Assembly (NCBI GenBank): GCA_026770705.1
Contig: JANJGN010000064.1
Coordinates: 558,001-622,000, forward strand
DNA: 64,000 nucleotides
Origin: Isurus oxyrinchus
Lineage: Eukaryota
Reading direction: 5' to 3'
The notes beneath the pieces were generated by a model that saw only the letters and a list, made by a program, of their open reading frames with translations, did no database searches and was not told the origin of the DNA. How positions within the stretch are numbered: position 1 is the first letter of the stretch; every line of letters begins with the position of its first letter. A program made the translations under genes and the position numbers. Below, one piece after another: positions 1 to 10,876 of the stretch.

Positions 1-2251
1 TTTTTTGATCGGTTTACAGAACAAACGCTGGGAGGGTGAAATACCAGTTTTCTTACTTTGCTGTGGCCTGTTTTGCCGGCAATGATAATTGTGCAAGACA
101 GGCTCTCTGTTTGCGAGCTCCATGCGTCACTGTAGTGTTGACAATGTAAATGATATTGACGCAGAAATTGATACAAGCGTCGCCTCCGATGCTGTAAAAC
201 CAGTAACAAGTGCGGCAAACACAACATAAATTCGGATGACACTCGCCATTCACAATGGCTTTGAATTATAGCAGGTGGAATGAAGAAACACCAGTTAGAT
301 GAAAGAATTAGAGACCGCTCGCTTCTGAAACACAAGGAGACTTTTCACCTGGTTGCAAGATGTGGAGAGCAGAGTCCTTGAATAAACCGCTGTCACATGC
401 CACAAATGGCTGCCTCACAACAAACTAAACACGTGTTAAGTGATTGGTGTATGAGTGAGAAACATGTGGAGTTTGTTCTCCTACCCGCTATATATTGGAT
501 AACTGATTGCTATTGGCAGATAGGTGCAGCTGTCCCTTGCATGTGCTCTTAGTTCAATAGCTACATTTATCCGCTCTCTTTAAAGCGACTATTGTCGTTC
601 GTAAATCCATTGTGCTTAAGTGAATTATTACTGTTTTGTTCGCTGTCGATTGGTATGATACACAATCGGTGTCTCGCCAATTGGAAGCAGTTATATTCTC
701 CATAGGTTGACGTGTTGTTTTTGTGGCTCCGCTTTGTGTGTACAGTGTAAACGTCAATATCAACTGTGCATATTCAAGGATAAAAACATTCCTCCTGTAT
801 TACATTTGAGCTAATAATACATTGCTCTGATCTATCAACACTTTTTCAGTGACATGTCATGCTACCCTTTCATTCTCCAAGCCCAGCTACAACCTAAATG
901 TATCTGAGAATGTTCCTTATTCTTCTTTTAGTTATGCCCAAGAGTACGTGTGTCATGATACTTAACCAAAGCATTAAAATACTCCAAATGTGAAATAGAG
1001 GATTGTAAGAAGCTCCCTTTCGTATAATAGGGGCTTTATAATTTTACCCAGAGTATTGTTAAAATATATCCGCATTAATTACGGCAATGCGGAAATTTAA
1101 TTTATAATCGGGCGCTCTGATTTAGGGAGGAAATGAAACGAAACAAGAACAAAACTTGGAGGCACTGGATCACCTCCAGCAACGTTTGAGTGATTTCATC
1201 ATGAATAGCATAGCGTAGAAGCCTCATGAATAACGTTGGTGTAGGGTTACAGCTCGAAATATTGTAATGATTCTCTACATGGACACAGCTATTAATGCTC
1301 GAGTAGGGTCTTCCTCAGTAATATTAAATTCACTGTAAGAAAAGCTACGATGACCTCGCCAACAGTAATGTTAGTGAAAGGAAATCACGAGTAGGAGTTG
1401 AGCAGGAGCCTATCCTGTAACCCGACAGTTGGGTTACCATCAGTGATGTTATGCCAATGTCACCATCAACACTAGAATAGAGTCACCGTGAAAATTCTGG
1501 AATAGGATCAAAAACAATAATCCAAAAACAAAATACAGCGATGCCGGAAACCTGTAATTGAAAAAGACAATGTTGACCGTTACCTGAAGCAGTAACTCTG
1601 ATTGACTCTCCACTGATGCTGCAGGATCTGCTGAGCATTCCCAGCATTTTCTGCTTGTATTACCCAACTAATAATGTTGGAGCAGGGCATCCCGATGTTT
1701 GAGTGGAGTTTGCATTGCTAATGATAGATTAAAATCAGCACGGATTAGTTTCCAAAATGTTTCCCACTATTAATGTTAGTGTTTATAATGAGTAACAGCT
1801 GACTGATAGCAACAGCGTAAATATACGGGCATCGCCAGTATTCTTAATGTCAGAGCAATATCACCGTCAGCAATAATAACGCCGAGACATCACGAGGTTT
1901 CGCCACAGAACACAGGAAGTTTAAGTTTAAGAATTACAGTCTATAACATGTTTAAATTCTGCAATGGATGATTCAGGATCGCAAAAAAATAATATGAAGC
2001 CCCAGGAATCCAACACTGTACAGAGGGGTATCCCTTTCCACATTCAAGGGGGGCATGCGCAAAACACAATCCACCTGGGATTGCTTCCGATCATTAATTT
2101 AAGTGAGGAAGTTTCTGGAACTGAGCTGACCAATTTCCCCATTGACGGACCGGGGTCTCTAAGAGGTAAATTATTCGCTTGTTTGTAAAGTGACTATAAC
2201 TAACACGAATTATTGTGTAAGCTGATTTCCTCACCGTGATTTGAATTGGCC

Positions 2252-2257
2252 TATAAA
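2252..2257 (+). promoter_or_regulatory. Probable TATA box of the GPR139-like gene
   Basis: cTATAAAggg sits about 70 nt upstream of the exon 1 ATG at 2327. Confidence 0.45.
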
Positions 2258-2326
2258 GGGGAAAACAGTTACGGATCTTTAATGCAATTCAGAAAAGTGA
2301 GTGATCCATCGCATTCTTCTACAAAC

Positions 2327-5300
2327 ATGATCCTGCCAACGATTCTACAAGTAAAGCAAATTTACTACCCAATTCTAGCAGCCTTTGGTATTCCCGGTAA
2401 GTCATTGCTGCCTGGTAACTGCTGAGTATTTCACTGCTAGTGGTTATGTGGCTGACTGTGGGAATGTCTCACTGCCGAGTCATATTTCTACCGGGGTGAA
2501 TGCTGAATATCAACGGGAAATATTGCTGTTCACAGGGCCTCGGAGCCGTGGTTCTGCTCGGCACATTTTGGGCACCTGGAGTTTAATTTTCCTGCTCACC
2601 CTGAAGGAGAGGGAGTTTGAATTGCCGCCACTCCAACAGTTCATAGATCATTAAAGAATGTGCTGCTTAGTGTCTATGTTAACAATCTCAGATGTCACGT
2701 TGCCTATTGTCGACATTACAGTGATAATTCCTAGTACTGCAGCATCCTCCACCCAGCAGGGAACAGAAAGATATTTTGAGGAACAGGAAGTTGCTCCTCA
2801 TTCCTCCCTCGCAAAGAATCTTTGCGGATCCATCTGTTCCTGTTTAGTTCATGAACGGGTCCATCAGAGCGATTATAAAAAGTCAAATAGTAATGTATTG
2901 AATTAAATTGGAGAGTTATTTTTTTAACTGAATATTTTATTTGAATTTATTGCTTCCAGTAATGGATTGGAAATTATATTGTACGCCGCTGGCATCTGGT
3001 GTCCCTCCCGAGATTCCCATCGCCAAATAATCAGGAGGAACCGGTAGTAAAATTCTCTTTAGTGTAACATGGAGCCTCAGTGGCAATTTATCAAATTCAC
3101 TCGGTGTATCACACGGGAACGGCCTGATGACAGGTAGGTTATATGTCAGGAAATGTGTTTATTATTTCACTGTTTAAATACAAGTTAAAGAAATATCCCA
3201 TTTTCCCTTCACGAAACTTTTTATTGGTAAGTGGACTGTCTCTGTGAGGTACTCACGGGTGACTAGCACTGTACAGTTTAAATGTAAATTGAACCTCAAT
3301 CCAATGCCATTGGCAATGGTCTTTGAAAGAGAATCGGGAGATATGCATGACGGACGCTGGATCATATTTTGCCAGTTTTACACAATTAACCAACGTCAAC
3401 ATTATCTCCAGTTGAGGCATCAATGCATAAGTGTCGGTCGGAGTAGCAGCAGCTTGGAGGGACTCTCCGTTACTATCCTCTAGACTGAATTCGAGTGACC
3501 CTTCTCTCAGCACCATGAAAACATCAGACTGAAACTTACCGAGAGGAAGGCAGAGTCCCAGTCCCTGTACATAGTGTTACAGTCCACTTGAGAATCAATT
3601 ACCTTTTGGAACCGAACTTCTCAACGGACTCCAATGGAAGGAAACAATGGTCAAGATTTCACTTCTTTTAACATGTACTGTAAAAAAATCAAACCATAGA
3701 CAAAAATATATAATTAATTGATAACTGTATTCAGTAGAAAGCGTTTATTAGAGTTGGAGTAGCTGATACGACAGTTGTAAATCTGACGGATTTCTCGGCT
3801 AGTCCTCAGCACATATTTGGCAGTGTGTTCAGTCCCAGTGTCTCTCACAACTCCACCTTGCTCCTGCAGTCCTCAATTACGATAATCATCAACAAGGCCT
3901 ACTTCTGTGTAGGATCTTTCACTCGGGTCACAACAGTCCTGATGGCGGAGTTTTCCCAGAAGCACTGTCACCCCACCATTCAATGGCTCTCTGGTACACT
4001 GTATGATCAGCTCTGCTTACAAAAATAACTCCCAGCTCTTCAGCTTGCCTGGTTGGCTCAAAGATTTTCTCAGGTTTTAGTCTTTAAAGATTGCTCCCAT
4101 TCACAGATTCACCGAGAGCCCCTGGGCCTGCATTGGTTCTGCTGAAAAGCAATTCAATTTCTTAGACTCCTGCTTGTTTTGACCACAGACTGAAATCCTA
4201 TCTCCCAATCTGATTATAGTCCCTAATCAATTTCCATTTCCATACCAATTACATGCACAGCTTCATTTCTCAGAAGTCTGTTTTCCAATTTGAAGATCCC
4301 ACTGCCAGAAATCTGGTTCCAGTCTCTGCTTCAGCTAGGGGCTTCTCAAAGATACTGCTTTTGAAAATAAGCTCAATAGAGTGCATATACGTTTATTTAT
4401 TTTAGGAATTTCGTGAACACTGTCCAATGTTACAAATCGGATATGTGTATATAACGCAAGGCAGAAATGCGCAGTACTATTTTCAGTAATATTCTGTGGA
4501 ACGTTTGTGAGTGTCCATGCTAGCTACTTTCTCTCCCTTTTTCCCTCAGCGAACCTGATGGCAATCGTGATTCTCTCCAGAGGAACCTGCGGCCTATCAA
4601 AATGTATTTCTTTCTATATGTTGTCCCTGGCAATAGCTGATTTACTGGTCATGCTCAATAATGTTCTCGTGTATCAAATCCTGAGTAAGCATTTTCCACA
4701 TATAATCCTGCCAAATGCACCCATTTGCAAGTTCATAATGTACACAAATAATGTCAACCTGTATTTTTCGGTCTGGTTTACAATCTGCTTCACATTTGAC
4801 CGCTTTGTATCTATCTGTATTCACACGTTTAAGACAAGATATTGCACAATGAGAACTGCGGTGACAGTTCTAACAGCAATCTCTGTCCTTTCGTGTTTAC
4901 AGTGCATCCCCTTTTGGTTTGCATATGAACCTAAGCGAATAATTGACAATGTTCACTGGGGTTTCCAACCCAGCCTGGAATTTTATACATCTCTTATTGC
5001 TGTAACATTCACTTGGCTACAAAGTATTTCATTGACTTGGATTCCTTTCACTTTGATATTACTGTTTAATTGTTTGACGGTCAGACGGATTTTAGTAGCC
5101 AGTCGAGCCCGTAAGGAGTCCGGGGTCACAGCAACGAGAATCACAGTGAACCGGAAATACAGAACCGAAGGAAATCGATTATATTACTGTTCACTGTATC
5201 GGGTAATTTTATACTATTGTGGCTGACAGCAGTCGTTTCTACATTAGTCAATGGTATGTTCATTCATGTACGACCGGATTATACAGCTCCCGCATACATC

Positions 5301-5608
5301 GCCACTCAAACTGGACAAATGCTCATGTATTTGAGTTCCTGCACAAACGCGTTTATTTATGCAGCTACACAAATAAATTCCGGGTAGAGCTGAAGAAGAT
5401 AGTGAAATCTCCTTGGACAATTATTCTGATACTGATAAAAACAAAATGCAAAATGAAACAAACTCTTCCTATTCTGACCATAGTTAAATTTTCTCCAGTG
5501 TTCCCGGTTAGAACGTGCCCTTTCTGCTGCCACGACAACATGTTGTTTTATTTAAATAATATCAGAAAACTTTGTCCCACATTGTGTCATGTATTTCATA
5601 TCTGCTGA
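2327..5608 (+). pseudogene. GPR139-like class A GPCR, two coding exons (2327-2396 and 4550-~5450/5608), frameshifted
   Basis: Exon 1 reads MILPTILQVKQIYYPILAAFGIP-G followed by gtaagt. The acceptor ttccctcag ends at 4549, and the phase-1 join gives ANLMAIVILSRGTCGLSKCIS...ADLLV...FTFDRFVSIC...PFTLILLFNCLTVRRIL. After a 1-nt deletion at ~5119 the frame continues RRKSIILLFTVSGNFILLWL...LSSCTNAFIYAATQ. After a second deletion at ~5373 it continues KFRVELKKIVKSPW. AATAAA lies at 5702. Confidence 0.9.
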
Positions 5609-5989
5609 TTTTCCACGGGGATTAGAATTGTTTCTTCCATTTGCAGCGTGCTTGCTACTCAGGGTACGTGGAGAACAGTCATTAACATGTTACAACAGTA
5701 GAATAAACCCTTTCTGTGTTGGCCTTAACTCCGGTGAACGGCAGGAACTGCAATAAGAAGCGCCAGTTTAGTAAACAGCTAAGGTCCCAAAACTTCCAAT
5801 GTCCAGTGCAGTGAATTTAAGTTGTTGTTACACATCCCAAACTGCGCGGACGTCCTGACACGTTTTTGACAATATTTTCTATAGATAACTAAGCCCTGAT
5901 CCATCATAAATTGTTCCTCTGCGGAAGGAGAGCAGGGGTGTTTAGGGACCAGAACGAGGATTGCGGGGACTGTAGGGCATGTGAGATAA

Positions 5990-7615
5990 TAAATGAATGC
6001 TTTGCACCTGCTTTTACGAAGGAAGAATATGCTGGATAGGCCATAGTGAAACAGGAAGGAATAAAGTCACTAAAAGATTTAAAATTGATAAGGAGGAAGT
6101 ATTGGATAGGTTAGCTGCACTGAAAGCCGTCGAATGAGGGAAGCGGGAGAGTAAAAATTTAAGGGGTACTGCCTATAAAGTTTCGGTCTTATGTAGATTC
6201 AAGGATCGTCCTAGATGACTGGAAAGTTTCAATCAATGCACCCTTATTCAAAGAAGCGTCAAGGGATTAAACTACAGATTTGTCAGTTTAAATTCGCTGA
6301 TCAGGAACTTCTAGAAAGTACAATTAGCGACAGAATTAATAGAGGTGGACATATGCAAGTTAATTAAGGAAACCAGTATAGAATTCTGAATGGGAAATCA
6401 TAGCTAACCTACTTTTTTTTAAAAAAAATTAACATACAGTGTCGATAAAGGCAAAACTATTGTTGTGCATGGACTCCCAACACAGGTGATACAGTGCCAC
6501 ACAACAGTCATGTGAGAAAAAACATGTAGCCAATGGAATAAATGGGACAGTAGCAACATATTTACAAAACTGGCTGAGTGACAGGAAGTAATGGTTTATG
6601 CATATTTTTCAAGCTGGATGATGGCTTGTGTTGGAATTCCCCAGACGTCTGCATGGCATCATTGCTTTCGCCTGAAAAAATATTAATGATCTACACCTTG
6701 GTGTACAGGGAACAATTTCAAATTTCTCGGACGATACAAAACTTGAAAGCATTGTGCACTGTGGGGAGTGCAGTTTAGAGCTACAAAAGGACATATACAA
6801 GTTGCTGGAATTGGTTTATAAGTGGCAGATGAATTCAAAGTAGCAAAATGTGAGCCGGTACACTTCGGTAAAAAGTGCATATAAGGTAAGGCATACAAGT
6901 GCAAGAGAGGTTCTGGAGCAGAGGGATATTGGTGTATATGTCTATATATAGTTAAGCGTGGCAGGATAGGTTGGGAGGGCAGTTAATGAAGTATAAAGTT
7001 GCTTCACCATTATTAATAAGAACATAGGTTACAAAAGCAAGGAGGATATGTTCAGCTGTATTTAGACCTCAACTAGAGTTCTGCGGTCAGTCCTAGGCCT
7101 CACATTTTAGGAAGGATTTATGTCATTGGAGAGAGAGAGCAGTAGAGGTTTACGGGATTAAGATGTAGGATTCATTAGTTATGAAGAGAGGTAGGAGAAA
7201 TTGAAACACTTTTCTTTGGATAAAATAATCTAGGAGGAGCTTTGATAGAAGTATCCAAAACCCTGAGGAGACTGGAGAGGGAAGTTAGGGATAAAGTGTT
7301 CCCATTGGTGGAAGGAATATAAAAAAAAGTGAGCGCAGATTTATAATAATTGGCAAAAAAAAACAAAAGTAATAGGAAAAAATAACTTTTTTAACCAATG
7401 AGTGGATGGGTCTGGAATGGACTTCATGAAGGTGGAGCCAGGTTCAATCGAGGCATTCAAGAGGGAATTGGTGCTTTCTTCGAAAATAAATAATTTCACT
7501 GTTACGAGGAGAAGGCAGGAGAATGGCATTAGATAAGGTGCTCATTCACAAGAGCCGCTGCAGACATGATGAGTTGAATGGCCTAATTCTTGCACTGTAA
7601 CAATTCTGTGATTCT
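5990..7615 (+). mobile_element. Decayed 5'-truncated CR1-clade LINE (ORF2 RT region and 3' tail)
   Basis: Degenerate CR1 RT motifs: DDWK..PLFK, gggaaatca (GKS), a KF-DDTK-like stretch, and WQMNS. The 3' tail is gcactgtaacaattctgtgattct. Many stops and frameshifts. Confidence 0.8.
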
Positions 7616-7789
7616 CTCTCTACACCGCAAAACATATGAATATGCGAGGCAGAATCTGGTATCGCCCTGCAGCACCGCACATCTACCAAAACGTTCATCT
7701 CTGCCTCAATCTTCTATCAACCAATCCAAATTCTCAGGCCAGTCATCATCATACTCAACGTCAGTCTTCTCCATTTTACACGTTGCCGA

Positions 7790-8620
7790 AAAGATGTGAT
7801 TGTTGTGCTTTGGACAATATATTGGTAATCACAACAAACAACTGTTGATCATTCCCCATGAATTTCTAGGGTTCAATCGTCTCCACTGTCATTTTAGGCC
7901 CACCTTTGCTCAGAATTCCAAAATTGGCTAAAAGAGCAACCACCTTCAGTTTGCCTATCAGCAACTCTTGTAATTGTACTGATGCCAGCACCTACGTTCA
8001 ATCGATCTCCAAATTCAGCAATCATGGAGGCCTCCATACTTTTAATCAATGCAGAAGCGTCTGCATTTGAACTGAAAATGGTCGGAAATGAATGAATGCC
8101 CGCCTTCTTTTTAGGAAAGTAACCATTTGTTCTAGAAGAGTCTCCTCCATGAAATGGAATCCCCGTCAGTTCTAGAAATATGTGAAATTTGGGTGCAATC
8201 ACGTACTTTTAATAGAAACACAGACTCGGAACATCTAGGGCAAAATTTGTCAATCTCTCATAACACCTATTAAACTCTAGAATATACTCTTCCATGGATT
8301 GATGGTCTGTCATCGCTAATTTATCAAACGTTGACCAAGCTACGTAGACTTCTAACAAATCACCTTCAATATAAAACCTATCCAACAATTGTCACAGAAG
8401 ACTTAATCCCTTCTCAGTGTCCAAACCACCTCCAAAAATAATTGACCCCTAATCTTGTTTCCTGCTGCTGCCGAATTCAAAGTGGTGCCCTTCTTCCTGT
8501 TGGAAAACGAGGTAACTCGAGTCCTCATTTCCACCTCATTTTCCGCTGTTTCTACCGTTCAAATAATCGAAAAAACTGTTGCAATCAAAGGTTGAAAATT
8601 TGCTGTGGAGAGAGGAAGGG
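7790..8620 (-). mobile_element. Decayed LTR-retrotransposon gag fragment, probably Ty1/Copia-like
   Basis: The minus strand reads ..ENEVEM-TRVT..., YVAWSTFDK..TDHQSMEEYILEFNRCYERL, ELTGIPF, and RRLNPRNSWGMINSC..C..CPK, a CCHC-knuckle remnant. Confidence 0.55.
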
Positions 8621-8844
8621 AGGATTCACACTTCAGGTCGATTGAAGTTTTAACGAATAGATCTGTTATCGGAACGTCGAAATTGCCAGAGCTACAAAGT
8701 TCTTCCAGTTTTTCTCCATTTACATCATGGAAATGCAACAACACAGGAAGAGGCTATTCGGGCTGTCCAATCTGTGCTGGCCCTCTCAAAGAACAATTCA
8801 CCGAATGCTGCTCCCTGTAATCCTCCAACGTTTCACTATTCATC

Positions 8845-9070
8845 TGAGTGCGGATTGATTCTATCAATATCAGTCTCTGGCACTATCTATGATTGTGGAA
8901 TTGATTCTGTAAATACCAGTCTTTGTTGCTACCTGCGATTGTGGGATTCGTTCTATCAATATCAGTCTCTGGTATTATCTGTGATTGTGGGATTAGTTGT
9001 GTAAGTATCAGTCTCACTTACTACCTGTGAGTGTGGTATTGATTATGTATTTGACAGTCTCTCACTCACG
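8845..9070. repeat. 46-bp minisatellite, about 5 units
   Basis: Unit is roughly gattgattctatcaatatcagtctctggcactatctgtgattgtgg. Units start at 8853, 8899, 8945, 8991 and 9037. Confidence 0.9.
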
Positions 9071-10876
9071 AACAATCAGCGTTCGGGTTCCACTAAATAA
9101 GTCATGTGCGTATGTCTGCTGTAAATCAGCAACTAGAATCAACTTTTTCTGCAATTCACTTAGATCACTATCTGCGCAAAGGGGTTGTGATTGGGAAAAG
9201 ATCACAGAACATTGAAAAGTAAGGGGCTTGACCCTTTACCAACTTCAATTTGGCATCATTCCCTGCAGGGGATTAGTTGTTCAAGAGCCCATCTTCACAA
9301 AACAATCCTGCAGAAACATGGGAGCAATGAGGGATTTGTTGGAACCATGCAACAGTTAATATCTGACAGGGAGACCCCTAGATTCATTTAATCGAAGGGA
9401 AACACTCCGTTACTGACAGCAATACCTAGCAGCCCTGTCCTGCAAGACTGCAGAGATTACAACAGGGGAAATGGGCTTAAATATGAGGCTTTGTTTCACT
9501 CTCTGGCACTGACCCTGAGTGTGTGATTAATAATGTATTGTTCTCCAATAAAATAACAGTGAAAAATGAGACAGCATCTTCTGCCTTTCCAATTGTAGCT
9601 TCGTAAAACTGGATTGAACAATGTATTCTGCAATCCATTCTTTGCCTGACTGTCTGTGTCTCACTTCCTGAACTCACCCTGACTTTTTCTTTTAGGCCGC
9701 CCTCTCTCCCTTTTCTCCCTTGCCCTATAATACAACGTGGGATACGCTTACTGAAGGGCCAAAGCGCACATTTGCACTTCCATATTAATTAAACATATTG
9801 CTGGTTGTGAATGATCTAATAATGTAAAATTAGACCTGTCTTAATCCAGCCAGAGCTGCGATGCGTTTCAGCCCGAATCTGGGGACCAGACAATGTGAGC
9901 AGAGCTGCAAAACTACAAATAACCCCGGAGAATCCATAGCAGAGGCCGAGCGGAGTCGGAAGCCTATCCCGGGAACTGTCAGTCTGGGGGAGGTTTGTCC
10001 TGTGAATGTGCAAACGTGAACATTATGCAGGACAGAGAGTGTGAAAGGGGCTGGCGGGTTAAAATGATGTCCCTGTGTTTCTGTGTCTGCCCTCAGTGCC
10101 TGATTTCTGTGCCCCTCTTGTGTGAAACAAAATGATTTCCCAAAATGATCACTCTGCTGCCAGCTCTGAAGTGAGAATAAAATGGGAAGATTGAGTTGAT
10201 TTTGAGATTTCAGTCGAAAAGAAGAGAGTGTGTCAGCGAATGGATGAGACAACATGACCAGTGCAGAAGTAAAAGAGGTTTAAAACGAAACTAAGGCTTT
10301 TTCAGTGAAAGAAGCCTTTTTCAAGAACAACCAGTTTGGCACTCTGGACTGTCCGAATTTCAATGGCTTTCGACAGTTTAACAGCAGAAAGGAACAAAAT
10401 CTTTCATGCATTAGGACACCCAGTTCCCTCTGTAACTCCGAGCTCTGCAGTCTCTCACCGTTTATAATATGTGCCCCTTTTTGTTTGTCCTGCCAAAATG
10501 GTCAAACTCATGTTTTCCTACTTTACACCCCATTTGCCAACTCTTAGTCTAATCATGTAACCTATCTATATCCTTCCGTCCCCTTCACAACTAACTTTCC
10601 TACCTCCATTTGTGTGATCCTTACTTCCCCATCTACTTTGACAGTTGTTCCTGTCCCATGTGTCGCTTTTAGAAATGTTTCTGCTCAGGCATTGTTGTGA
10701 ATGGGGAATTATTCCTGCCCGGTAAAGTTTGAAAGTGATAGCAGAGTGAATCACAATCAAGGAAGGATTTTAAAACATAAACATTTCAACAAGGTCCATT
10801 CTACTGCTATCTCCCCACATCGCTGGGCATTGATGGTTTTCCAAATATCATCTCATCGCCTCTTGCACCTGGACAG

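Noticed and set aside
3530-4370. Possible antisense LTR inside the GPCR intron
   Set aside because: Only a poly(A) signal and base composition suggest it; termini and TSD could not be defined.
4507-5226. The 239-aa ORF as a complete gene
   Set aside because: Its start lies in the intron and its C-terminus is out of frame; it is exon 2 of the frameshifted GPR139-like gene.
8845-9070. Regularly spaced repeats resembling a CRISPR array (also 20963-21325)
   Set aside because: The whole 46-nt unit repeats with no unique spacers, there are no cas genes, and the context is vertebrate.
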